A stretch of DNA of 64,000 nt. Origin: Pseudovirgaria hyperparasitica (lineage: Eukaryota). Below the pieces are notes generated by a model. That model searched no databases, had not been told where the DNA came from, and saw nothing but the letters and a program-made list of their open reading frames with translations. Below, piece after piece: positions 24,801 through 36,699 of the stretch; position 1 is the first letter of the stretch, and the number at the start of each line of letters is the position of its first letter. The translations under genes and the position numbers were made by a program. Location of the stretch: NCBI GenBank assembly GCA_010093815.1, contig ML996567.1; one strand, written 5' to 3'.

Positions 24801-27800
24801 TCAAGGCGCGCAAATCGAATACATAGCTACCCTAAGACGTGGCGAAGATGATGCAGTCCAGCTATTGAAAGCGGTCGGGACTCTTTGGGCCAGGAATGTC
24901 AAGATCGACATCGATGCTGTTACTCAGGGAGAGTCTGTAGACTGCACGGGACAGATCGCAAAGCAGCGAGGCCAACTGCTCGTAGATCTTCCACCTTATC
25001 AATGGGCCTATTCCAAAAAGCTCTGGTTTGAGGCAAGACAAAGTCGTGAGCACCGTCAAGCAGTATTCCCGCGTCACGATATTCTAGGCAGACGCATTGC
25101 TGGTTCCTCTGCTATCGAGCCAGTGTGGCGCAACATTCTTCGGCACAAGGACCTGCCTTGGCTCAAGGATCATTCGGTAGGTGAATCTTAAGTCAAGGTC
25201 GACTTGCGCTCATGAGTTCATCTAGCTAGGTGCCGATGCAATTTTCCCTGCTACTGGTTATTTTGCAATGGCTATCGAAGCCCTGACGCAGATATACGCA
25301 ACTGAGCCTGGCATAGAGATACAAGGCTACACCCTACGTGACGTTTCCATATCGACGGCATTAGTAATACCAGCGGAGGATGACGGAGTAGAGGTTATCT
25401 TCAGAATGAGTCCTCTAGAAAGTGTTTTAGACGTCACCAACGGTCGGGGGAAAGTCAAATGGTACTCGTTCTCCATGTCTTCGGTACTCACTGATACATG
25501 GAAGAGGCATGCGGAGGGCAAAATAGCCATCAATGTCCGGAAACGAGGTATGCTACCTTTTGGAAAAGCGGAACTCTTGTTAATGCGATTTACAGGAAGA
25601 AAACCGCGGCCGATCCCAGCAATGCCGATGCGGACCACGTACAAGTCCTGGAACGAGCGTTTACGCTCATTCGGATTTGACTTCGGGCCATCATTCCGCA
25701 ACACTATGTTCTTGAATGTAGATGGAATCACACATTGTGCTACTGCTGACATTGCTATCAAGAAAGAGAGCGGAACCATCACAGACGAGTCTCGTTACTG
25801 CATTCATCCCGTTTCTCTTGACAGCTGCCTACAGATTACATCAGCAGCTATCGTTGCCGGTCGACTCGCTGAGGTGACCGCGGGGACGGTATTGACTTTC
25901 TTTGACGAGGTATCTATTTGGCCACCACGCGATGCTCAGCTGGAAACGACAGGGGCGATGTCCCATGTATCCGTCTCCGCAAAAGGAAGTCGCTCCTTCT
26001 TGGTGGACGCACAAATGATCGCCCATGACGGCGAGCTGATCGCGGATTTTTCACAGATACGATGTCTTTACTATGAAGCTGCAATTCCGCAAAGCTCGAT
26101 CCAGCCCGAGCCGACCTACATGCAACAGAAATGGCTGCCCGATATTGTGACCTCACAAGTGGGTATTGCAAGCCTCGATACCGGGCGGATTGATCTGGAA
26201 GCAATCATGAGGCACACGTTACACAAATACGGCTCGCTTAATGTGGTCTCATTTGATACCGAAGTTGCAGATCTGATACAGCATCTGCATCCGTCAGCTA
26301 TCTTGGATCGCGTTGCAAGTCCTGACGTATCGAGTTGGGTCCCATCAAGTAAGGATCCGGCGAATCTGGTCGTCATACCCTCGGTGAGTCACGCATTATA
26401 TTCCATGTTAGCGGCATTCAAAAAGTAACAAATTAAATGACCAGAGCTTTGTATGTGGTGATATCGAACATGTCTTTGCACAGCTTCATATCGAAGATGG
26501 TTCGGAATGTATCATTATCTTCCAAGGCAAGTACCCGCAGATAAAAAAATACCTAGACGAATTGTCAGACTCAGGTGAGCTATTACTTAAGAGTATCACC
26601 GATTGGGACCTAGACGAAAGCGGCCACTGTATAAAGCAGATGCATGCATTCACTGCTACGTCGAAAGAGATCCAAGCTCGCGCACTATCAGAGACTGCAG
26701 TATTTGTAAGATCAGGATGCAATATTACAGGGGAAGTAACTGATTGCAGCAGGTATACCGAAACCAACAGCCACGCTGCCTGAACGAGCTCATGCAGGCT
26801 TTTTTGAGACATGGTCGCAAAGTCCGCATTTCGAATTTCAAGGACTTGACCGTTGCCGAAGACGAGCAGCTCATCATGCTCACGGATGCGGCAGGCCCTA
26901 TGCTGGCAGATATGGAGAAAGAAGAGCTGTCTACGCTGCAACGACTACTCGAGAATCCGCCACCTCTTCTTTGGCTTACCTTTGGCGACTTGACTGCAGC
27001 CAGACTCCCCGAACATTCCATGATGTCGGGCTGGTCTCGCGTAGTTAGAAACGAAATTGCTCTTCTGAAACTCGTGCTTGTTGATCTTGCCGAGTCGTCC
27101 AGCCCCAACCTCGAGCAGGTAGTTCAGATTGCGAGGAGACAGCTCGTTTATTCCTCGACACTGGAAACGGAATACGCCATCCGCGCTGGAGTCGTACATA
27201 TCTGCAGAATTGCTCCGTTTCAACACGAGAATGAAGGCGGGCGTCTCATCACTCTAGCTGCAACAAATGACAAGAGTGGCCTCACTGGCTTTGCAAGGGG
27301 TGGTCGTGTGATGTTCAGAATAGAACCAGACAAGGCTCAAGAACTGGGTCCTGATCAGGTCGAGATCGACGTTTGCACGATCGGACTTTGGCCAGAGGAT
27401 AGCTTCGCCGCTAATGGCTCCCTGGCATCCGAATTGCTCAACCACGAAGTAGCTGGTACAGTCCTCCGAGTTGGATCGAGAGTCGAGTCGGTTACTGTTG
27501 GCGATAGAGTTGCAGGTTTCTGCTTCGGCACATTGAGTCCCATCCAAGTTACCCCTGCCAGGCTTGTCAAGGTCGTTCCTGAGGGTATGGATAGTGCCAC
27601 GACGTCTAGCGTATATTGCGCATTTACCACTGCACACTATGCCTTACACGAGCTTGGACGATTATCGGCAGGTGATAATGTCGTCATCCTGGATGGCTCT
27701 GGGTCATGCGGACACGCGGCTTTGCAATTATGTCGCCTCGCAGGAGCTCGAGTTTCTGTAATCACCCATTCCAACGAGAATGCAGAAGCATTGCGGAAAC

Positions 27801-29663
27801 AATTTCCTTACGCAAATGTACTAATGGCGCGTGACAGAGACATTGTCTGTCAACTTGCTGACGTTTCGGATGGCAAGGGGGTTGATATAATTCTTGCACC
27901 GAGTTTTGGGGATATATCCTTGTTAATGGAATGTAGTCGCGCGGCCGGAACGCATGGGCGGCTCATAAGATATGGTCAAACGATTGCGAGTCAGCTGGCA
28001 TCCGATTTAAACAACACGAACGGGCTCAACTTTGACTGTTTCGATATCAAGAGTCTAGCAGAATCTCGCAAACTGAAGGCATTAGAAAGGCAAGTCCCAC
28101 ATTGTAACCAAAATCTCAAGATCAATCTAATGGGCATCGTAGGAACATGCACAAGGTATGGCAGCTTCTTGAGAACGGCGAAATATATTGTTCGTGGAAT
28201 ATTTCCGAAGTCACCGTCGGGGAAATTGATGCTCTCTTCCATTCATTTCCCACCGATATCGCAGCAGCGAGACCTGTCATCAGGTATTCCAAGGCAACGG
28301 AAATCCATGTGAGTTCTATCATCCTGCACTACTAGAACAGACTGACGATCTCTAGGCTATACCCGCCAAGAAAAGAATGAGATTCCGGAACGATGCATCG
28401 TACCTTCTTGTCGGATGTCTCGGAGGCCTGGGCCGTAGTTTGACAAACTGGATGGTCAATCAAGGCGCGACATCACTTATTTTTCTCTCACGCTCCGGAG
28501 CGACCAATCGCGAGGCAGCTGAGTTGGTGCGCTCTGTTCGAGCCAGAGGTGTTGATGTCACAGTTATCCAGGCGGATGTATCCTCGAAAAAAGCACTTAC
28601 AGATGCTCTTACAAAAGTAGACCCTGCTCGCCCTATTCGTGGCGTCGTCAATGCAGCAGGTAGTTTCAAGGTAGAGGCGTCCTTAGAGTTTATCCACTCG
28701 CCCAGATCTGACTGTTACAGGACTCAATGTTCCGCAATATGACCATCGATGCCTGGCATGCGGCTCTCCAGGCGAAGGTTAAGGGCTCCCTGAATCTACA
28801 TGAGGCTTTCACTACAAAGGGTGAACTCGACTTCTTCTTGATGACAGGCTCAGCATCGGCCACACTCGGATCTGCTGGTCAGAGTAACTATGCATCAGGT
28901 AAGTAGTTCAGCCTTGAACAGCAAGCATCTTGGTAGTCGTTAGGACGCTCACACCATTATAGGCAACAACTTCCTGGATGGGTTGGCGCGCCATCGATCG
29001 GTCCTAGGACTTCCTGGAGTATCTCTCATTCTACCGATGGTACTCGGTATCGGTTATGTCGCTGATAGGCCGGAGTTGGAGGCTACTATTATACGAAAAG
29101 GTACTTACGGGATTGAAGAGCAGGAGATGCTGCAATCTTTCGAGGACGCCATGCTTCTACAGACCAGTGGTACCATTAATACACAGGGCAATGATCATCT
29201 TATCGTCGGTTTACAGCCAAAGCGTCTGGCCGCAGCAATGGAATCCAATACAACTGACACCGAGGCGACAAACTGGCTCAGAGACTCTCGCCTATTGAGA
29301 CTGGCTTCCATGATTGAGGCTCATGGCTCTTCGAAAGGTGGAAACATCAAATCCAATCGCGGAATCCAACTTTCTATCAAGAATACCGACACTAGAGCCG
29401 ATGCACAAAAACTCGCTGAAGAAAGCGTTATCGAGCGCATGTCGCGGCTTCTGATGCTGGAGCTTGATGAAGTCAAAGATGGAGCTGGATCGCGATCGGT
29501 AGCCAGCTACGGACTCGATAGCATGATCGGGGCTGAGTTTCGCAATTGGATCTTTAGAGAGTTTGGAGTTGATGTCGTGTTTCAAAAGCTGCTCGCTGGG
29601 AGTTTGACTATCAGTGGCCTGGCTACTCTACTTTGTAATACCATACGGGAGGAAACATCCTAG
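21840..29663 (+). CDS. Highly reducing iterative type I polyketide synthase: KS-AT-DH-(no intact C-MT)-ER(degenerate)-KR-ACP, multi-exon
   Basis: IAIIGMG|CRLPG, MDPQQR, KS triad NTACSS / HGTGT / GHSE; AT GQGAQW, GHSSG, AYHS; DH LKDHSLGADAIFP and HPVSLDSCLQ; KR LVGCLGGLG and QSNYASGN; ACP YGLDSMIG; no TE or R domain. The continuous frame needs one GA-AG and one GC-AG intron. Confidence 0.93.
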
Positions 29664-30129
29664 TAGATGGTGAATCCTCACGGTACTATCTTGAATAGCA
29701 GCGCTGCTTATTTTGTGTTTGCCATTAATTATAGAAAAGATTATGATTACGTATGAATACTAGCGCCGAAGGTCTCCACAACTTTAGTTTACTGGTTTAT
29801 ATGCTTAATGTTAGTATTTACCTGATCAGTCGACCTATAGTTACTACAGTAGGCAATTGTACCAGTATTGTAGTTAGTCCTCTAGAATCAGTACCATAAC
29901 AACTATTCTAGAATAGAAAGGATTATACAATCGTAGAACAGCCTTAACCACGTGTCAGTAATAGGAGAGCGTTTTCGATTAGCGCAAGAGAGTACTGTAC
30001 ATTTGCGACGAAATATCATGTCTTTCAAGCTGGGTAGTTAGTCGTTAACAGTCCCGGATACGGTAAACACTTGTGAGGACTTTCGCGTGTCAAGCATCAT
30101 AAAAGACAAGACTTCTAGTGTGCTCAGAG

Positions 30130-30681
30130 GACCCACGAATATGTGTTGAGCAGGTGTCCAGCAAGGTCATCGTGCAGTATTGAGCATCATGAATGTCATT
30201 TATGCCCCGACAATCTATCTCATGAAGATATCGCTCTTGAACCTCTTTTGTTGGTTCTTCGGAGTTGATGTTCAAACCTAAAAGTCTTATCTACACCGGT
30301 ATTATAGTATGCACAGTAATAACTATACCATTTTTGGTCATATCAAGCTATCGATCCGCCTATCGTGATGGTCTAACAGCTAGTATCAAGTCCGGCTGTA
30401 GCTCCAACAGCGTTATGTTGATAGTGATTATTTTGGAGCATGTAACATCCTTACGGATCTTACATATTGGCCGTGCCTATCGCAAGGACGAGGACACTCC
30501 AGATCAGTCGACCGACAAGAAAGCGCTGATAGTTTCGTCTACCTTAGCCGCGTGCCTTCCTGTACTCCAAAGTATCATCTCAAGAAAGACCTTCGAGAGG
30601 ACCGGCGACGGCTCGAGGATCAGACGAGGCTCGGAGCTGGGAGACGGGTCCGTTATCGCAAAAAGTGAAGATAGGTGGTAA
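30130..30681 (+). pseudogene. Remnant of a second Pth11-like rhodopsin-domain membrane protein
   Basis: SIMNVIYAPTIYLMKISLLNLFCWFFGV then a stop; frameshift to SLIYTGIIVC; later TLAACLPVLQS. These resemble the family's K.S.L..Y.RIF and ACLP motifs, with internal segments missing. Confidence 0.6.
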
Positions 30682-31094
30682 CGCTGGGCCCTACCATATC
30701 CACCTGCAGCTGGCAATATGCTCGAATGCTCCAAGGGCTGAGTTGTACATCCACCTTTGCATCCTCCCATAGCTGTCGTCCTGATGATCCAATGGATGTG
30801 AGCTACTATAAGTTCCATGCACGCGCGTTCAGTCGCATGTAGGAACTTTTTGAAGTAAGTTAAAGCACGGTATTCGTAGACAATTTATTGGCTTAACCTC
30901 GACCTAGTACATACTATGAGTATGGAACAACAATTCCTAGGATGTGACATTTTCAGCATAACCAGACACGTTCTTAGGGTGTCCGTAGCTACATGTGGCG
31001 GCGGCAAATAACTGAAGTTTCTTTAAGAGTACAAAAAGAACGACGGAGGCCGGAGTGACCCTCCTCCTTTTCCTTACAATCACCAACATCTCTA

Positions 31095-31866
31095 CTACTC
31101 TGTAATGCCAATACATGCAAAAGCCTGGTGTTTCGCTGTGTAATCGCCCTCAAGGAAAGCGTTGATGTAGGTCTTGTAAATTCCGGTCAGTCGGTTTTGA
31201 TCAAAGACGCCGTTTTCGGTGCAATATTCCAGTATGTAACTAATCCAATTCATCCAGTATCTTCCGTAGGTGCTCATGTCTTTCTTTGCTAGCAAAAGCA
31301 GCGCAGGAACTAGTTGATAGACGGCCAGAACGCGCACTGGATGCAGATCCTGCTGGAATCGCCCTCCTCTCCCTAGGATGTCTGGACCGGGTAGTTGATT
31401 CAGATCAGACGCTAGGATTATAGTTTCGCCGTCCACGTTTAATAGATTTGGAAGTCGCCACAGGATGTCGGATTTTTTATAAAAGCCCAATGATAGAGAT
31501 TCGGTGATGTGTAGATGGTTATGAGGGGTTGGAGCATAGCCAAGGTTCTTTTTACTAATGCAACCTTCTGACTTGCACTCTTTGAACCCTTCGCCTTGGA
31601 GAGTGTGATAGGCGGCGTCCATGAAATCATCGTCAATAACGAAGTCGATACCCTTGAACATGTGTTGTTAGACTGATAGGCTCAGATGAATACAAGGTAC
31701 GTACATCGACTATCGTTGGTATTCCAAAGATAGTTAACATGTAATTGCCCCATAGGACATGAGGAATCTTGGCAGCATCAAGTCTTGCAGCTGCTGATGC
31801 AACGAGTCTGTTGTCGAGAGGTGGCAATTCAAGATCAACTTTCCCCTGACTGACGTCTTCAGCCAT
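31095..31866 (-). CDS. Hypothetical protein, possible nucleotidyltransferase-fold, 2 exons (~239 aa)
   Basis: Intron 31704-31653 (GTACGT...CTAAC...AAG) joins PHVLWGNYMLTIFGIPTIVD|GIDFVIDD in frame. Confidence 0.75.
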
Positions 31867-32529
31867 CGTGAGAGTGTTTGAAGTAGCTGATCAGTGAGCA
31901 GCGATACTGTCTAAGTCGTTAGGAATGGCGCCTGGCAACGCAGCAGCCGTGCCCCGGTCAAGCTCGTAACGGACCGCCTCAATAGGTGGCGGAACTACTG
32001 TATCCGTTGTTTTCCTAGAACCTGATGAGCTTGGCGTTTTGCGTCTTAGTTATTCTACTTTTCTACCTCTATATAAGAGACTCCATAAGATAGACATGAA
32101 CTTATAAAAGGATCAAGATACATCTAATTATCTATTACATCTACTCTTATCACTCTAATACTTTTAAATTTAGACGTAAATGTAAAAAAAGCTCTGTTTA
32201 CAAAGACTGGGGTTTGAACACGCATGCACGAGTGCCAAGAGAGTTAGGTTTAGGCAGATAACGAATGTGAGACCAACACCATGTAATAACAAATTCACTT
32301 AGCTCTAGCTCACAAATCGATTTCATTGAAAGATCAATCAAAGCCTCAGTTTCGCCTTCCACAACACTTCCTTGGTTGTTTATTTTGGACCCATTCATGC
32401 AAAGCATGTGCAATGCATTCCATTTGCTGAGAATTTAGCCACAGACTCCCTTATTGCTGTCCAAACAAAGAAACTGCATCGTCTGCATCCTGCTACTTTT
32501 TCCATCCCCTTCAGTTGACAACCACAGAC

Positions 32530-33321
32530 ATGGTAAAGATACAGATCCTCTCTGACCTGCATCTGGAGGCTCCAGCGGCATACGATGTCTTTGAAATCAC
32601 ACCAACGGCAGAATACCTCGCGCTGCTCGGAGACATTGGCTACATCAAAGACGCCAGCCTAATCACATTCCTTCGAAAACACCTCGCCAAATTTAAAATC
32701 ACGTTCTACGTGCTCGGCAACCACGAGCCATACCACTCGTCCTACGCGACCTGCAAGCAACACCTTCTCGCCCTCCAGACCGAGACCGCACAACAAGAAA
32801 GCACGGGGAAATTCGTCCTGCTCGACCAAACACGCTACGATCTCTCGCCAACCGTGTCCATCCTCGGCTGCACGCTCTTCTCCAACATCACCGCAGCCCA
32901 AAAGGACTATGTCAGCTTCGGACTCAATGACTTCTATCATATTGCAGATTGGACCGTCGAGACGCATGTGCAGAGGCACGAGTCCGAGCTCCGTTGGCTC
33001 AACGCCGAAACGCAGAGGATCATGGGTGAACCGGGACGCGACAGGAAGATCATTATCATGACACACTACTCGCCGACTGTTGATGCTCGTGCTATTGATC
33101 CCAAGCACAAGAGCAGTAATATCTCATCTGGTTTCATGACTGATCTGTCCTCAGAGGCTTGCTTCTCCTCGGAACGTGTGGCGGTGTGGGCGTTCGGACA
33201 CACTCATTTCAACTGTGATTTTGAACACGAAGCTCATCATACCAGATTCGTTACGAATCAGCGTGGTTACTACTTCGCACAGTCAGACGGCTTCGATCCG
33301 GCAAAGACGGTTGAGCTTTGA
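32530..33321 (+). CDS. Calcineurin-like metallophosphoesterase
   Basis: All five motifs present: SDLH, LGDIG, GNHE, MTHYSP, FGHTH; intronless. Confidence 0.92.
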   Translation: MVKIQILSDLHLEAPAAYDVFEITPTAEYLALLGDIGYIKDASLITFLRKHLAKFKITFYVLGNHEPYHSSYATCKQHLLALQTETAQQESTGKFVLLDQTRYDLSPTVSILGCTLFSNITAAQKDYVSFGLNDFYHIADWTVETHVQRHESELRWLNAETQRIMGEPGRDRKIIIMTHYSPTVDARAIDPKHKSSNISSGFMTDLSSEACFSSERVAVWAFGHTHFNCDFEHEAHHTRFVTNQRGYYFAQSDGFDPAKTVEL

Positions 33322-33980
33322 AGTCGCTTGTACCGTCCTGGGTGGAGGTCTAGCTTGTCAGATGTGCGTAGATAGATAGTATCATTGATCATTGATGCCT
33401 GGCAGAAGCTCGGGCCACAAACCTCACAGCTGGAGCCTAGTGTTTACTTTAGGTAGGCGGGGCAAGTGGTACAGCACCTGCATGAGCGCGATTGCCGGAT
33501 TCGGTAGCAATTAGTAGGTAATGAAGAGGTCCGGCTCCCGGGAAGAGAGGATCGTATGCACCTTACAGACAACAGAGTAGACAGAGATAAATCGAAAGTT
33601 CAAAGGACAGATAGAGTGGAGATCATGTTGCATTGAAGATCTGCCTGCTTAACGAGCGCGTTGAGCGCTCAGTATATTCATCGTCGTATCCATCCGTCAC
33701 TCTCGTTTAGCCTCATGCATAGATATTGGGCCATTCTTATTTCCTTGGCCCACCCAGGACGAGTTGTTGACAAACTCGTCGTCCATCAGCCACCTTACAG
33801 AGGAAAGGTATTGAATATCTTACTCTTCGCTTTTATGTAAAGGCGATACAAAGATCCCTACTGTGGTTGAATACTTGGCCCAAAAGTCCTTTTGTCTACT
33901 GTTGAAAGAAGCAGATCACTAACGCCAACCCAATTCCAAGCGCCTTTGAAGATGCGCGAAAGATGCTAAGGTTTGTGAAC

Positions 33981-35545
33981 CTACACTGGGAGAGGGAAAG
34001 TGACTGCCCACGCGGCAATCTCCTTCTTGAGGGCGTTGATCTTTTCCACGTCACCGGCAGCAACCTTAGCCTTGAAGTCCTTGAGCTTGTTGGCTTCTTT
34101 AGGCAACTCGGCTTGGATCTCCTTGCATAGCTTGACACACGTGTCGATGTAATTGGCGATCTTCTTGAAATCTGCTTCACCAAGACCACGACTGGTCATG
34201 GCTGGAGCTCCAATACGGATACCCATGGGAGACAACGCAGACTTATCACCGGGTGTGGTGTTCTTGTTACAGGCGATGTTGACTTGTTCCAAGACGGCTT
34301 CGACACGAGCGCCATCGAGGGCTTGAGGCTTGAGATCAAGGAGCACCATGTGATTGTCAGTACCACCGGTGACAAGAGTGTAGCCAAGCTTGGTGAACTC
34401 CTCTTCAAGGGCCTTGGCGTTCTTGATAACCTGTTGCTGGTAGGCCAAGAAGTCTGGTGTCTGTGCTTGCTTCAAGGCAACGGCAAGCGCAGTGATGGTG
34501 TGGTTGTGAGGACCACCCTGGTGACCTGGGAACACAGAGAAGTTGATTGGTCCCTCAAGATCATAGAGTGTCTCCTTGCCAGTCTTAGCGTCAGTCTTTC
34601 TCACACCCTTGCGGAAGAAGATCATAGCACCACGAGGGCCACGAAGAGACTTGTGGGTTGTCGTAGTAACGATATCGCAGTGAGGGAAAGGAGACTTGTT
34701 GACACCGGCGGCGACAAGTCCAGAGATGTGAGCCATATCCATCATGAGATAGCATCCAACTTTGTCGGCGATTTCACGCATGCGGGCGTAGTCGATCTCA
34801 CGGCAGTAGGCAGATGTACCTGCGACTAGCACCTTTGGTCTGTACATCAGTGCATTCTGCTCGAGCTGGTCGTAATCGATGAGGCCGGTCTTGAGGTCAA
34901 CACGGTATGGGAATGTCTCGAAGTAGGTGGATACAGCAGATATCCTGCGTAAGGTCAGTCAATTGAGTATGCTTGGTGTCAACATTTCGCTCACTTTCTC
35001 TGCGGTGTTTGGTATCCGTGGCTCAAATGACCACCATGGGGCAGATCCAGACCCATGAGCCTATCATGAGGCCTCATTATGGCCTGGTATGTCTGTAGGT
35101 TGGCTGGGCTGCCACTCAAGCACTGAACATTGACACCCCATTTCTCTGGGTCAAGACCAAAAGTCTCGAGAGCTCTCTTCTGGCACAGCAGCTCGACAGC
35201 GTCGATGTGCTCATTCCCTCCGTAGTATCTGGCGCCTGGGTATCCCTCAGAGTACTTGTTGGACATTGGCGAGCCGAGTGCATCGAAGACGGCGCGGGAA
35301 GTGACATTTTCGGAGGCAATGAGGAGGATAGATTCGCGCTGACGCTGGATCTCTTTTTTCTACCACGGAGTCAGTGGGTGCAAAGGAACAGTTCGGAATG
35401 GACGTACCATGATCTCAGCAACATCGGGATCAGTCTCGACCAAAGACTTCTCCATGAGCTACAGAATGAGTCAACTCCGAACTTTCAATGGGTAGGTAGT
35501 TGCATGGCTTACGTCCTGGTGGGACTTTGGAAGCGCGTAAGACAT
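33981..35545 (-). CDS. SHM2: Serine hydroxymethyltransferase, cytosolic, 4 exons
   Basis: [17 protein letters not shown]...|...[31 protein letters not shown] lysine [23 protein letters not shown]; no mitochondrial presequence. Confidence 0.95.
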
Positions 35546-36699
35546 TTTGGTTTATGAGAGACGAGCTTTTGGATGGTGTATATGAGAATTGTCAGAGTGA
35601 ATTGTCGGAGGGAGTGACAAGTAGGAGACGAGACACGAGGGTACGTGGGAAGTGGGAGACTATAATGATCATACCAACCTGGCCAAGACAGTCACGGCCA
35701 CCGAAAACTTTCTCCAACCCGCGAACCTCTCACTGCCCCGCGCCGGGCGCTACAGAGCTCGGGCCCACATGTCTGACACGCATCGGAGAGTCGGAGACTG
35801 CCTGTTGATCATTGATGCGAATGGAAGCCGCGAGGCAGTCTTCGTTCCGAACTCACCTGCCGCATTTGAAGAGCCATTCAATTCACACAACACTTCGAAA
35901 GAGAAACAAACACTTGCGCTGCACTTTTCATTCACTGAGATCAGAAAACCTATGACTGCTCGATTGACTAGTAGGAGGAGCTCGGGCCTTCCAGGGTTGT
36001 CCCTGCCGATCTCGGTGGTATTAGACGCCCAGGTTATAGTCAACACCATGCATGTCTCTTTTGATACATCAAATCACTCCGAAAGCACCGCTGCTACGAC
36101 AAACTTGTATACTCTAGGATAGAAGGCCAAGGCATCAGTTCTTCTTCTGTGGTTCTTTTAGTGTACTCGGCAACCGATACTACAGAGATACGGGAGGAAA
36201 ATTGACTGGAATATAGTAGTACTAAGAAGACTTCTTTATCTCATCATGCTCCATTACAATCATTCGATTGATTCAATTCTACTCATCTTTCGAGTTGTCT
36301 TTATGTTCAAGTTTGCTATCCATGTGTAGGCAGAAAGGGCGTGTGGGACATGTTATGTGGAGCAGACTCGAATATACTTCATCCATTCCGCTATTTGATT
36401 CTTTACTCCATCAGCTATAATGAGCTTTAGGATGGGTAATAAGGCTTATAACTCCACTGTCTGCTGGATCTACAAGAAAAAGGTTTGGGACCGCTTAGAA
36501 ATGGAGCAGAGTGGAAGGGAACTTGTGGCGCAGTGGTCTGTTCAGCCACACTTAGCCTCGCACTAATTCAGGGGGAATACAAAACACGTGTCGCGCTAGC
36601 CTCACTCTCTCAAGTTCCAAACACCTGTCTCAACACCACAAGTCCATCACCACATTCCGGCACACAAGACCATGTGTTCGACCTTCTCTAAGCGTCACT

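Noticed and set aside
26100..26800. C-methyltransferase domain in the PKS
   Set aside because: The DH-to-ER interval is short and lacks an LEIGAGTG-type SAM motif; the LEIGPH at about 24745 belongs to the AT domain.
31960..32002. Possible Tc1/mariner terminal repeat (TA-CAGTAG... on the minus strand, with a CCGCC/GGCGG stem)
   Set aside because: No matching second repeat and no transposase found.
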